Source: a virus
Taxonomy: Duplodnaviria; Caudoviricetes
Length of the DNA stretch: 64,000 bases
Strand: one strand, 5' to 3'
IMG/VR virus record: IMGVR_UViG_3300033069_001852
How positions within the stretch are numbered: the first letter of the stretch is position 1; each line of letters starts with the position of its first letter. Below the pieces are notes generated by a model. That model had not been told where the DNA came from and made no database searches. It saw nothing but the letters and a program-made list of their open reading frames with translations. Shown here piece by piece: positions 1-10,183 of this stretch. The position numbers and the translations under genes are program-made.

Positions 1-2
1 TT

Positions 3-2972
3 TGGAATAGCTCTAGCGTAATAACACTAATCAATACCAAACAGAGTAATTTAGAAACAGGTTCAACCATCCCATTTACTTCTAGTTGGGCAACCGATGT
101 TGTGAATGATCGAATGGTGGTAACAGGAAGCACATATCCAATTACCGCAAGTTGGGCTAATACGGCTAGTTTTTGGAACTCCGGCTCAGTCGTCACGTCA
201 ATTAATACCAAGCAGAATAATATTGCTACTGGGTCTATAGTTCCCTTTACATCTTCATGGGCGCAAAATTCTTTTTCTGCGTCCCTTGCTTTAGCCGCCA
301 ACGTAACCAGTCAAGCGATTTACTCCAGTCAATCTGTTTTCTCCACACAAAGCTTGTGGGCAACTAATTCTTTAAATGCTGTAAGCTCGAGCCGAGCCTC
401 TAGTTCATTAAGCGCGTCTTATGCGTTGACCGCGTCGTATGCCTTAAATGCCGGTGGTTCAGGAACGACTTTAAGCACAGGGAGTCTTTATCCGATAACG
501 GCCAGTCAAGCGGTCAGTTCTTCACGGGCAGTGAGTTCGGTGTCTGCTTCATATTCCCTAACCGCATCTTATTCGCTTAACGGCGGAGGATCCGGGACAA
601 CATTAAACACTGGAAGTTTATATCCCATCACCGCGAGCCAAGCCATTTCCGCTTCTTATGCGCCAGGGAATCCATCCATTTCCGCTTCTTATGCGACTTC
701 AGCGTCATATGCGTTATTTACCAGCACGGCCTTAACCGTTTCCGCATCGTGGGCTAGTCAATCCGCTTTTGCGCCAGTCATCTTTAGCAATGTTCAGGTA
801 ATCAATGGTCAGTTATTGATCCTAAGCACGGACACGAATACTTGGTATTCCCTTGGGGTCAGTGATGATGGTATGGGCTCGTATACGACTAATTTGACTC
901 CGACCACCAATACCGGAAGTTATTACGCCAGCGGCAGTTTTTATTACGCAACTATTACTAGTTCGGTTTCGGCGTCGTGGGCTTCCAGCTCCGTCTCAGC
1001 CTCCTATGCGTTAACGGCGTCCTATGCGCTTAACGGAGGAAGCGGTGGAGGTTCATCAATCTCTGCGTCCTGGGCATCTAGTTCCTTGAGCGCAAGCTAT
1101 GTTACTTCTTATCAATCATATGTTATTTTGGCCACCGGGTCGGGGAATTGGATTACTTGTAGTTTCGGAACTACAAATCAACAAGTCAATTTAACCACCG
1201 CGTTAGCCTATAACTTAACCCACAGTAATATTGCGCCAGCCAATCAAGTGGCTGACACGTCGCTTTACATCAGCCATTCCGCCAATGCGACCAGTTCGTT
1301 AAATTTCCCAAGTACATGGAAAAATATCGGCAGCGGTTGGCCTTCTACTATCGCTGGTAATACTGTCGCCGTTGTCTGGCTCCGTTCAATTAACGCAGGC
1401 ACGATCATTGGAACATATGGAGTATCAGGAAGCACTAGCACATCAAGTTATGTGTTAGTAACTTCATCAAGCTTTTCTTCAGCGTCTTTATCAGCAAGTT
1501 ATGCTTTAACTGCTTCCTACGCATTAAACGGGGGCGGAGCAGGAATAATCGCCGGGGGTTCTTACAATATCAGTTCTAGTTGGGCATCAGCCTCATTGAG
1601 CAGTTCATATTTAGCTCCGGGACAGACCTATAGTTTAATAATAACAAGTTCAACCAATTGGATCACCTGTAGTTTTGGAATCCCAAATCAAGTTGTAAAT
1701 TTACCGGCCGCATTAAATTATCGTTTTACCGCGAGTAACCTACCTATTACTGGTCAGGTAAACGATATAGCCCTATACATTAATCACTCTGCGGCTGGAT
1801 CTAGTTCACTTTCTTTCCCCACCAATTGGAAAAATGTTGGCGGAGGTTGGCCGGCAACTATTCAGTCGGGAACAGTCGGTGTTCTTTGGTTACGTGCCAT
1901 TGACACCTCTTCAATCGTTGGTTCCTTTAGTGTTTCTGGTAGCATCAATTCCTCGGCAAGTTATGCGTTAACAGCCTCTTATGCGTTAAACGGAGGCGGC
2001 GCAGGAACTTCATTGAATACTGGAAGTTTATATCCAATAACGGCCAGCTGGGCAAAAACTTCCAGCGCAGTCACCATTACGGATATCGGTAATCCCAACA
2101 CCGAATACGGCGTCGTTTTCGATGCCGGCACTGGTGGAAATTTAGCTCGCAACGGCGGAGGTACAAGCCTCTATTCCTTCAATCCTTCAACGGGTTCGTT
2201 TAAAGCTTCAGTTTTCATTGGCGACCTGACAGGAACTGCGGCACGAGCGACAACCGCGTCGATTCTTGTACCTAGCCAAAGTTACTCCCTAATAACAGTT
2301 GGGATTGGAAATAAAATTACTTGTAGTTTTAGTATTCCGAATCAAACCATAAGTTTGTCCACGGCTAGCATTTACAATTTTGTCGTTAGTGATTTACCAC
2401 CATCAAATATGGTATCAGATGTTGGGTTGTTTATCTCTCATTCCGCAGCCAGTTCTAGTTCCTTGGTTTTTCCGAGCAACTGGAAAAATATTGGTTCTGG
2501 TTGGCCGAGTAATATTGCAGGCGGAACGGTTGCGGTTCTTTGGTTACGTTCCATTGGCAATTCAATTATTGGGACCTATGGGGTGTCGGGAAGTTCAAGC
2601 GGAACGAGCAATTCTTCAAGTTCTAGTTCTACTTCTTCTTATTTACTATCATCTAACATTGGAGAGTATCGTTTCATATCAGCAAGCGCAAATGCTCTCA
2701 CCACTTCCTCTCTGTTTACGGTTCAAACCGCGAGTTATGATGGATGCTTTTTCAATTACATAGCCAAGGGTGGTTCCAATCGCCGAGCGGGAATTTTTAC
2801 TAGTATGTGGAGTGGTTCTTTAGTATCATTCAACGAAGTGCCCACGGCGGACTTGGGTGACGCATCGGCCTTGAATATAAATGTGGTTGTATCAGGACCA
2901 AATGTGGTATTCCAAGCAGAAAATTCGTCGGCGACAAATTATCAAATAAAAGCAAGCGTTACAAGCATGTAA
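3..2972 (+). CDS. Tail fibre / long Ser-Ala-Thr-rich virion fibre protein (5'-truncated by window edge)
   Basis: Frame is open from base 3 (WNSSSVITLINTKQ...). Repeated SASYALTASYALNGG and TGSLYPITASW motifs, plus three ~105-aa internal domain repeats. Lies upstream of the tail sheath. Confidence 0.7.
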   Translation, partial: WNSSSVITLINTKQSNLETGSTIPFTSSWATDVVNDRMVVTGSTYPITASWANTASFWNSGSVVTSINTKQNNIATGSIVPFTSSWAQNSFSASLALAANVTSQAIYSSQSVFSTQSLWATNSLNAVSSSRASSSLSASYALTASYALNAGGSGTTLSTGSLYPITASQAVSSSRAVSSVSASYSLTASYSLNGGGSGTTLNTGSLYPITASQAISASYAPGNPSISASYATSASYALFTSTALTVSASWASQSAFAPVIFSNVQVINGQLLILSTDTNTWYSLGVSDDGMGSYTTNLTPTTNTGSYYASGSFYYATITSSVSASWASSSVSASYALTASYALNGGSGGGSSISASWASSSLSASYVTSYQSYVILATGSGNWITCSFGTTNQQVNLTTALAYNLTHSNIAPANQVADTSLYISHSANATSSLNFPSTWKNIGSGWPSTIAGNTVAVVWLRSINAGTIIGTYGVSGSTSTSSYVLVTSSSFSSASLSASYALTASYALNGGGAGIIAGGSYNISSSWASASLSSSYLAPGQTYSLIITSSTNWITCSFGIPNQVVNLPAALNYRFTASNLPITGQVNDIALYINHSAAGSSSLSFPTNWKNVGGGWPATIQSGTVGVLWLRAIDTSSIVGSFSVSGSINSSASYALTASYALNGGGAGTSLNTGSLYPITASWAKTSSAVTITDIGNPNTEYGVVFDAGTGGNLARNGGGTSLYSFNPSTGSFKASVFIGDLTGTAARATTASILVPSQSYSLITVGIGNKITCSFSIPNQTISLSTASIYNFVVSDLPPSNMVSDVGLFISHSAASSSSLVFPSNWKNIGSGWPSNIAGGTVAVLWLRSIGNSIIGTYGVSGSSSGTSNSSSSSSTSSYLLSSNIGEYRFISASANALTTSSLFTVQTASYDGCFFNYIAKGGSNRRAGIFTSMWSGSLVSFNEVPTADLGDASALNINVVVSGPNVVFQAENSSATNYQIKASVTSM
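1111..2595 (+). repeat. Three ~105-aa domain repeats in the fibre protein (approx. 1111-1432, 1621-1945, 2275-2595)
   Basis: Each copy reads (N)xITCSF...NQ...HSA..SSL.FP..WKN(I/V)G.GWP..I...TV.V.WLR.I...G.(Y/F).VSGS. Confidence 0.85.
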
Positions 2973-3016
2973 TATTTTAATTAAAAATCCGAACATCGGA
3001 CTATGTATAATCAGTT

Positions 3017-3295
3017 ATGAATACCCCTATAAAAATATCCGGCGACGAACTCGCCGAAATAAAAATGTTACAGAACAAGGTCAGCCAAAAAGTCTTTGAG
3101 TTCGGCAATTTAGGAATTGAGAAAATTGAAATTGACCGAGCGGTCCAATCCTTTGTGGAAAAAGATAAAAAGTTAAGAGAAGAATGGGATGGTTTACAAA
3201 GGATGGAACGGGAATTTGTGAACAAACTTATCAAGAAATACGGGGAAGGCGACCTGGATCTAAAAGAAGGCACTTTCACCCCCTCACCAAAATAA
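3017..3295 (+). CDS. Small coiled-coil protein, possible fibre assembly chaperone
   Basis: Heptad-rich, ends KKYGEGDLDLKEGTF, directly follows the fibre gene. Confidence 0.5.
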   Translation: MNTPIKISGDELAEIKMLQNKVSQKVFEFGNLGIEKIEIDRAVQSFVEKDKKLREEWDGLQRMEREFVNKLIKKYGEGDLDLKEGTFTPSPK

Positions 3296-3361
3296 TGCGT
3301 ACGGTTCTTGGTGTTTTATTTCTATATTTATACGCCAATTAATAGTGTAGTAACTCCAGAT

Positions 3362-4333
3362 ATGTGTAACGAAAAATTATTAAACTTACCAACTTTAATG
3401 TCAGGTTCTAAAATGCGTATAAAATGGAATTCAAAAATTTCAGGGATTTATGCTTGGGTTAATGAATTAAATGGAAAAATGTATGTGGGACAAGCTACTA
3501 ATTTCTATAGGCGGATTTATGATGAAATGAATGGTTTTAAGAATAATAAGGATCAAAATCTTAAAAAACTTTACAACGCAGTAAAGAAATATGGAATTTC
3601 TAATTTCAGGGTAATTAAGTTGTTGGAGTCCCCCGTGGTTTATTTGAATAAGTTGGAATGTCTTCTTATAGGATATTACGATACAAAAGAAAAAGGTTAC
3701 AATTGTACGCTCGGTGGAGAAGGTAGTGTCAATCACATAGTAACCTCTGAACAAATAGAAAAACACAAACAAACTATGAACAAATACTGGAATGAGGATC
3801 GGAGAACTATCCATTCCAATAAAATGAAAATTTGGTTTAACTCTAAAACAATCCGTGACCAAGAACGTATGATATCTGGAAACGGCTGGTGGTTAAATCC
3901 AGAAATAAAGGAAAAACATCTCTCCAACACCAGATCATCAATGACTAGTCGCCGAGTGGAACAACAAAAATTATCATTGAAGAAGTTCTATAAAACGAAC
4001 AAAAATAAAAATTGTATGAATAGAGAAATAATCTCTCCGACGAATGATGTGGTAAAAATAAATGGATTGTGCTCGTTTTGTAAAATGTATAAAATAGGAA
4101 TGAAAGGTATCGTGCGTGTTATTCGTGGAGAACACAAACATTACAAAGGATGGCACATAGACCCAGGGTTTGTATATATGCCTAACGTGGAGTACGTGCG
4201 GGATAATTCTGGTAGAATTCATTCCTTTACATCCATTTCACAGTTCTGTAAGAACAATGGGATCGATAGGGGAAATTTGAGAAAAGTGTTAAATGGGATA
4301 GGTAATTCGTGTGGAGGATTTCAAAAATTATAA
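3362..4333 (+). CDS. GIY-YIG homing endonuclease
   Basis: SGIYAWVNELNGKMYVGQA..R and GYNCTLGGEG motifs; C-terminal NUMOD1-like repeats; AT-rich. Start uncertain (3308/3362/3398). Confidence 0.85.
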   Translation: MCNEKLLNLPTLMSGSKMRIKWNSKISGIYAWVNELNGKMYVGQATNFYRRIYDEMNGFKNNKDQNLKKLYNAVKKYGISNFRVIKLLESPVVYLNKLECLLIGYYDTKEKGYNCTLGGEGSVNHIVTSEQIEKHKQTMNKYWNEDRRTIHSNKMKIWFNSKTIRDQERMISGNGWWLNPEIKEKHLSNTRSSMTSRRVEQQKLSLKKFYKTNKNKNCMNREIISPTNDVVKINGLCSFCKMYKIGMKGIVRVIRGEHKHYKGWHIDPGFVYMPNVEYVRDNSGRIHSFTSISQFCKNNGIDRGNLRKVLNGIGNSCGGFQKL

Positions 4334-4362
4334 AAGAAAATATGTTTATGAATTTTTGAATA

Positions 4363-4370
4363 TATTTATA
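4363..4370 (+). promoter_or_regulatory. Putative late promoter TATTTATA (sheath)
   Basis: Motif recurs upstream of at least 15 genes in the window. Confidence 0.7.
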
Positions 4371-4402
4371 TTTAGTGGTAACCAAAAAGGAAAGATAATA
4401 CA

Positions 4403-7400
4403 ATGCCAATACAAGAAGGTGGAACATTTCAGCCGCACTCAAGGATCGTGAGTCCTGGAGTTTTTACGCGTGAATTTGATCAGAGCGGGATCGCCCAAGG
4501 CGTCCAAGATATCGGCGGAGTCGTCGTTGCCCCATTTCCTAAAGGTCCGGGGTTTTCTCCGACTCTTGTCCGTGATGTTGCCACACTGGAAGACCGCTTC
4601 GGCGTTGCCGACGGCACATTCTATGGCCCATATACGGCTAAGGAATACCTTTTGGAGCGGGGCTTGGTCACGGTTTGTCGCGTGGGCGCACTAACTGGCT
4701 ACCACCAGAAGTATCCTTTTGTCCTTTATGCGATAAAAGGTGAATATGACCGCAATATTGACAGCGGTTCTCTGTCTGTATCCGGTTCTGTTCTGTCGCT
4801 TTCCGATAGTCTGATCGCATCTTCTTCCGCCAACCTCAGCAATGTTTCTTCTGGAATTCTCTGGAATACAACCACGACGACGACCAGTGCGTCTTTTGTT
4901 TTTGTAACTGGATCGGTCCAAGTTAAAGGCGTTCCTTTTACTGCCACTTTTGTAAATGCGGCAGGTACTGGAACCAGTCCGTTCGGTACGGCGGCTAGTG
5001 GTTCATTGTATTACAATGGTCAGTCCGCCAATATCGGTTATCTATCGGCTACGACCGTAACCAATATTCTAATTTCAGTTAGCACCAGCAGTTTGAGTGG
5101 TAGTTCCGCTACGACCAGCAGTTTGATGAAGTATTTGTTGACCAATAGTGCGTTTTCTTCATCCTGGAATGGAACGGTCACCTTAGCTAGTGGTTCAGAT
5201 CCCTTCGATTATTCCGTCCAGAATCCTGTGTATTTGACTCAGGGCGGTATTCAAGCTATTTCTGGTGCTTGTGCGTCATATATTTACGGCATCAGCGGAA
5301 TCGTTTCGGGAGAATTCGGTGCGTATACCGGAACCTTTACTCCTAATGGCACGCCGACTTTTGATCCCTGTGCCAATGTTTGGACTTCCGGTAGTGCGGA
5401 TTACCGCGTTTTGGCGGTGTTGGGTGATACCCAGTATGGTGGTATTAACAGCAGCTTGGAAGCTCCTGGATTCAGTGGTTCTTCGATGACGACTGCGAGC
5501 CGGATTCAGAATTCTGTAACGATTCCAACAACTTACGATATCACTTTGAAATCCACCGATAGTTCCGCGACCATTGGCACGTATCGTGTTGATCTGGACG
5601 CGGCAAGCACCAAGTATATTTCCAATGTGTTTAGCGCCGATGCCACCGGCGGAGACCCTGACAAACAGGTCGCCGGTCAGAAAATTGAAGCCGCTTATTT
5701 GTATAAGTTCTTCGCCAATAGTTTGGCTACGGTTGCGGCAAACAAGAAAGATTGGTTCATTTCCGGAAGTGTTCTTCCTGATTATACCTTCGCGGGTGAA
5801 GCGCTTAAATTGGTGGATGATTATTCACTAAATTTAACGGAGGGCGATTCCCAATTCGCATTGACCAATGCGTCCACTCCGTGGGTCGTATCCCAGAAAA
5901 TTGCTCCGTGGCAGACGGGCAGCGCCGAAACGCGGTTCCGTTTGTTCAAAGTTCACACCTTAAGCGATGGTACCAACACTAATACCGATTACAAGATTGA
6001 AATATCCAACGTCAAGTTGTCCGGCACCGTCGCGGGTAGTGATTGGGGTTCTTTCACCCTCACGGTTCGCAAATACAGCGACACTGATAAGAAGCCGGTG
6101 ATTTTGGAATCTTTCCGTAATTGTAATCTTGATCCAACATCCGCAAATTATGTTGCTCGGCGGATTGGTAATGCTTATCGTTACATCGATTTCAATGGCA
6201 AAGTTCTTGAATTCGGCGATTTTAGCAACAACAGCCGTCACATTCGTATTGAAATGAATGGTGATGTTCTCCCGACCACCGCGGTGCCTTATGGTTTTGA
6301 AGCGTATTCCACGCCCATTAACAGTTCCGCGGGTCGTTGGATTCCGACGATGAAATACACCAAGGCTTCCGTGTATAGCGGCAATCCTGGAAAATATCCG
6401 TCCGGTATAACTTTTGATGACGCTCCGACCGGCGCCGATTCTGAATTGGCGAGCCTGTATCCCACCAGCTCGACTGGAATTGGGGCATCAGATGACAATA
6501 AGCAATACTTCGCTCCGTTGCCTGAATTTGGGGCTTATGGTAGCATTGGAGGTAATTCCGTGTTCGCCTTGGATGAAGTTATCACGGCCAACGGCGTCGG
6601 TTTCGGCAGTTTGTTAAGCGCCGCCTTAAGCGGTTCGGTTCCGGCTGAATATGATAGCGTCAACGAAAACACTTACACAAAGATGCGTAAGTTTGTATTC
6701 GGTTTCCAAGGTGGCTTTGATGGTCAGAGCCCCGCAATTCCGATTAATGTCGGCGCCGACATCACTGCGGGTAACACCCAGGGTTTGAATTGTGTCAATA
6801 GCACCTCCGCCGGGTCCATTGCTTACAAACAATGTATTGGCGCTTTGAGCAATGCGGATGAATTTGATATCAATCTGATTGTTGCTCCTGGCATTATTCA
6901 CCAATATCACAGCTATCTCACCAATTTGATCGTTGATATGTGTGAGCAGCGTGGTGATTGTTTCTACATTATGGATATTTACGCGGATGATGGTAACCCC
7001 AGCGCCGGACAAATTTCGGAAGTAGTAAGCTACGCCGCGCAGTTTGATACCAATTACGCCGCTGCTTATTATCCGTGGGTCAAGATTCTTGACACCAATA
7101 TCAATCAAATCGTAACGGTGCCGCCTTCCGTGGTGATGCCAGCCGTATACGCCGCGAATGATAAAGTGGCGGCCCCTTGGTTCGCGCCGGCCGGTTTGAA
7201 CCGGGGTGGAATTTCCAACGCCGTCGGCGTGACGGATCGGACGACGCATTCGGAACGGGATGATCTGTATGAGGGTAAGGTTAACCCCATTGCTATCTTC
7301 CCTGGAGAAGGCGTAGCTATCTGGGGTCAGAAGACTCTTCAGGACGCAGCGTCAGCAACGGACCGGATTAATGTGCGCCGGCTGTTAATTGACCTCAAAA

Positions 7401-7681
7401 AGTTCTTCGCTTCCACTTCGAAGTATCTTTTGTTTGAACAGAATACCTCCGCGACCCGGAATAAATTCCTGGCTATTGTCAATCCTTATATGGATTCCGT
7501 TAAACAACGGTCTGGTTTGTATAACTTCTTCGTCAAGATGGATGAGGAAACCAATACGGCAGATATCATTGATGAAAACATCTTGTATGGTAAGATCTAT
7601 ATTCAACCGACCAAAACGGTAGAATTCATCGTCTTGGACTTCAATATTTTGGCTAGTGGAGCGGTTTTTTCTAGCATTTAA
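4403..7681 (+). CDS. Contractile tail sheath protein (T4 gp18-like)
   Basis: VSPGVFTRE N-terminus; C-terminal YYPWV, PWFAPAGLNRG, NPI..FPG.G..IWGQKTLQ, RINVRRL, FEQN and IQPTKTVEFI motifs. Confidence 0.95.
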   Translation: MPIQEGGTFQPHSRIVSPGVFTREFDQSGIAQGVQDIGGVVVAPFPKGPGFSPTLVRDVATLEDRFGVADGTFYGPYTAKEYLLERGLVTVCRVGALTGYHQKYPFVLYAIKGEYDRNIDSGSLSVSGSVLSLSDSLIASSSANLSNVSSGILWNTTTTTTSASFVFVTGSVQVKGVPFTATFVNAAGTGTSPFGTAASGSLYYNGQSANIGYLSATTVTNILISVSTSSLSGSSATTSSLMKYLLTNSAFSSSWNGTVTLASGSDPFDYSVQNPVYLTQGGIQAISGACASYIYGISGIVSGEFGAYTGTFTPNGTPTFDPCANVWTSGSADYRVLAVLGDTQYGGINSSLEAPGFSGSSMTTASRIQNSVTIPTTYDITLKSTDSSATIGTYRVDLDAASTKYISNVFSADATGGDPDKQVAGQKIEAAYLYKFFANSLATVAANKKDWFISGSVLPDYTFAGEALKLVDDYSLNLTEGDSQFALTNASTPWVVSQKIAPWQTGSAETRFRLFKVHTLSDGTNTNTDYKIEISNVKLSGTVAGSDWGSFTLTVRKYSDTDKKPVILESFRNCNLDPTSANYVARRIGNAYRYIDFNGKVLEFGDFSNNSRHIRIEMNGDVLPTTAVPYGFEAYSTPINSSAGRWIPTMKYTKASVYSGNPGKYPSGITFDDAPTGADSELASLYPTSSTGIGASDDNKQYFAPLPEFGAYGSIGGNSVFALDEVITANGVGFGSLLSAALSGSVPAEYDSVNENTYTKMRKFVFGFQGGFDGQSPAIPINVGADITAGNTQGLNCVNSTSAGSIAYKQCIGALSNADEFDINLIVAPGIIHQYHSYLTNLIVDMCEQRGDCFYIMDIYADDGNPSAGQISEVVSYAAQFDTNYAAAYYPWVKILDTNINQIVTVPPSVVMPAVYAANDKVAAPWFAPAGLNRGGISNAVGVTDRTTHSERDDLYEGKVNPIAIFPGEGVAIWGQKTLQDAASATDRINVRRLLIDLKKFFASTSKYLLFEQNTSATRNKFLAIVNPYMDSVKQRSGLYNFFVKMDEETNTADIIDENILYGKIYIQPTKTVEFIVLDFNILASGAVFSSI

Positions 7682-7692
7682 TCAACAATTCA

Positions 7693-7719
7693 AAAGAGGC
7701 AGAAATGCCTCTTTCTTTT
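7693..7719 (+). terminator. Intrinsic terminator after sheath gene
   Basis: AAAGAGGCA-GAAA-TGCCTCTTT stem-loop followed by a T tract. Confidence 0.8.
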
Positions 7720-7762
7720 ATACATATAGGACAATAACATTCATTTAACAGGATAAAACACT

Positions 7763-8548
7763 ATGAACATTACAAAATTTGGAAATCCGATAGAGATTAA
7801 AAAAATATGTGAATGGACCAAAAAAGAATTCGTAGTTGATTGGAAGCATAGAAAACAAAGGTTTATCGATAAGATTTCTATGTATGCGTGGAGAAAATTC
7901 AATAATAGAGAAATAGCGATTTGTGGTGGGTGTGGAAAATTATTTGAAAGATGTAAAAGAATATCGGATTATAAAAAGAACTTACCCACACAATACTGCT
8001 CCCTTCACTGCTCATTATCATCAGATACAAAGAGGGAAAAATTAAGGAAGTGGGGATTGTCAGAAAAAAATCACTGGAATACAGAAAAATGTCAGAATAA
8101 GGTGAGGGCCACAAAATTAAAATTGTATGGTGATGTCAACTATAACAACAAAGAACAAACCAAAGAGACATGTTTGGAAAAGTATGGAGTACCGTTTGCG
8201 GTATACCTCCCACGATGTCAATCTAATGGAAAAAGAATATCAAAATTTCAAAAAAAAATATATCTAAATGTATTAAAAGATCATCCCGATGCTGTTCTGG
8301 AACACTATCTCCCGGATGTTAAGCGATTCGTGGATATATATGTTCCGTCTGAAAGGAGTGTTATCGAATGCCATGGGGATTACTGGCATTGTAATCCTAA
8401 AAAATGTAGAAAAGATTACTATAACAAATCGGTAAAAATGACAGCGGAAAAAATCTGGGACAAGGATGGGGCCAAGAGAAAATTGTTAGAAGCGGCTGGG
8501 TATGTGGTGTCCGTCGTGTGGGAAAATTCATTGAAAAAATTTAAATGA
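7763..8548 (+). CDS. Vsr/DUF559-like PD-(D/E)XK homing endonuclease
   Basis: Zn-binding CxxC modules, KETCLEKYGV repeat, VDIY...VIECHGDYWH and VVWE motifs. Confidence 0.75.
   Translation: MNITKFGNPIEIKKICEWTKKEFVVDWKHRKQRFIDKISMYAWRKFNNREIAICGGCGKLFERCKRISDYKKNLPTQYCSLHCSLSSDTKREKLRKWGLSEKNHWNTEKCQNKVRATKLKLYGDVNYNNKEQTKETCLEKYGVPFAVYLPRCQSNGKRISKFQKKIYLNVLKDHPDAVLEHYLPDVKRFVDIYVPSERSVIECHGDYWHCNPKKCRKDYYNKSVKMTAEKIWDKDGAKRKLLEAAGYVVSVVWENSLKKFK
8150..8187 (+). repeat. 38-bp perfect inverted repeat, copy 1 (partner 14456-14493)
   Basis: AAAGAACAAACCAAAGAGACATGTTTGGAAAAGTATGG; the exact reverse complement lies at 14456-14493. Confidence 0.9.
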
Positions 8549-8614
8549 TATATTGGGTCACGTGCGACTTAATAAAATAAGTTGGGTTTTTTATTGCCCA
8601 TTCCCAGTGGGTGA

Positions 8615-8622
8615 TATTTATA
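8615..8622 (+). promoter_or_regulatory. Putative late promoter TATTTATA
   Basis: 4 nt upstream of ATG 8627. Confidence 0.65.
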
Positions 8623-8626
8623 AACA

Positions 8627-9247
8627 ATGAAATTGGCTAAACTTTTAATGGAGAGTGAGACCGTAGGCAAAACCTTCGTCTCCGTGGATATTCAGCCAGA
8701 GTATGAAAACGGGTTCGACTTCCAATTGTACACCCTTGTAGAGTTTTTAAATACCCATTACGATGATATGGCTCAGTTGGTTTTCCTGTATAATGGTCAC
8801 GAGACCTTGGGCATGATAAGGGAGATGGATTATAAAATGTGGTGGTTGGAAAACGGTTTGCGGGAGGACATCGTTGACTCTGCCATATTTTATGATAAGG
8901 GCTATGCGTTTTTCCGCTATTGTATGGATAGTGGCTTGGATCACGATGTCACGGTAAATTTTATTAGATTCCTATACGAAAATGATATTCGGGATTCTCG
9001 GGAAATGGATCGGAATATGTGGGCGAAGTATCTGCGCCAATATCGTAGAACGGATAAGAAAGAAGCCCACGAATTACTGGCCAGTTCAGCGGATTGCGTA
9101 AACATTCCTGATTTGATGGATTTCATAAAACGCTTTTCCAACCTTGTTCTCACCGGTGGCGGCATTAATGAATGTCTGAAAGAAGTGGAAATTGCGCTTC
9201 AAGCCTTAAATAAATCTTACAAAATTTTCTCCAAATTTACATACTGA
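8627..9247 (+). CDS. Isochorismatase-like cysteine hydrolase fold protein with MKLAKLLME leader
   Basis: FVSVDIQ (DxQ) near the N-terminus and LVLTGGGINEC (G-x4-C nucleophile loop) near the C-terminus. Confidence 0.5.
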   Translation: MKLAKLLMESETVGKTFVSVDIQPEYENGFDFQLYTLVEFLNTHYDDMAQLVFLYNGHETLGMIREMDYKMWWLENGLREDIVDSAIFYDKGYAFFRYCMDSGLDHDVTVNFIRFLYENDIRDSREMDRNMWAKYLRQYRRTDKKEAHELLASSADCVNIPDLMDFIKRFSNLVLTGGGINECLKEVEIALQALNKSYKIFSKFTY

Positions 9248-9278
9248 ATAATTCATTCGATATTTATTGCTAGGGCTT

Positions 9279-9482
9279 ATGAAAGCGAGCAAAAATAACA
9301 GACCGACGCATGTTCCGTATAATGATAACGACCTTGAACATGTCTCTGCGGGGCCGGAGTATGGCCAAACCTGGCGGAACCGGAATCAGGTCTGGGCAGA
9401 ATTTGAGTCGGCGGAATATGCTGGTTGGGTTAACGAAATACAATCTGCGATTCTGAGAATAAGGCGAATCAGCTTTTTATGA
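9279..9482 (+). CDS. Small hypothetical protein
   Basis: ATG 10 nt after a TATTTATT box at 9261-9268. Confidence 0.4.
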   Translation: MKASKNNRPTHVPYNDNDLEHVSAGPEYGQTWRNRNQVWAEFESAEYAGWVNEIQSAILRIRRISFL

Positions 9483-9643
9483 CACGAAGACTAGGTACTT
9501 AAGTACTTTAAGCCCTGGTTGCTTTTAAGCTTGCTTTACACTGGGCTTGTTGCGCTTCTGGGCTTAAGTACATCATTTTTTTAAACCCTTGTCAACATTA
9601 TTCAATCTTATTTGGATATTTATATTCAGTCTGAATTTAAAAT

Positions 9644-10183
9644 ATGATATCCATTGTCCCACCCAATAGTCTGGCTAAAAAATATGACCGAATAATCTTC
9701 TGTGATTTAGACGGCGTGCTTGTCGATTTTAAACAAGGGGCATTAAATTTAGGCGTGGATATTGGCGGACAGGACAAACCGCACCCCAATGAGGACAAGC
9801 TTTGGCAGGCGGTTGATGCTTATGGTAAGGATAAATTTTTTGCTAATCTACCGTGGATGCCCGACGGCCAGCAACTCTGGCGTTTTATTAATGAAAATTT
9901 CTTGGATGTAAAAATTTTAACCGCATTGGGTAAGTCGGACAAAAAGGACAATCTGACTCGCAAGGGCAAAGGTGAATGGTTACAAAAAAACATTCCCGAG
10001 CTTCGTTTGCGGAACGTTCATATGGTCCCCAATAAACACGCCAAAAAACATTATGCTAGTCCAGGAGATGTCTTGATCGATGACACGGATATATGTATCA
10101 ATGAGTGGTTAACGAAGGGTGGAATCGGAATTTTACATAAAAATACCCAAGAAACAATACAGAGGCTGGCTAAATTAATATGA
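9644..10183 (+). CDS. HAD-superfamily 5'(3')-deoxyribonucleotidase (NT5C-like)
   Basis: FCDLDGVLVDF (motif I), ILTA (motif II), K..W, LIDD (motif IV), W...GGIGILH. Confidence 0.85.
   Translation: MISIVPPNSLAKKYDRIIFCDLDGVLVDFKQGALNLGVDIGGQDKPHPNEDKLWQAVDAYGKDKFFANLPWMPDGQQLWRFINENFLDVKILTALGKSDKKDNLTRKGKGEWLQKNIPELRLRNVHMVPNKHAKKHYASPGDVLIDDTDICINEWLTKGGIGILHKNTQETIQRLAKLI

Noticed and set aside
6626-7249. Long antisense and alternate-frame ORFs in the track (e.g. 6626-7249, 34489-34995, 40646-41176)
   Set aside because: They are shadows of well-supported genes on the opposite strand, with no motifs or expression signals.
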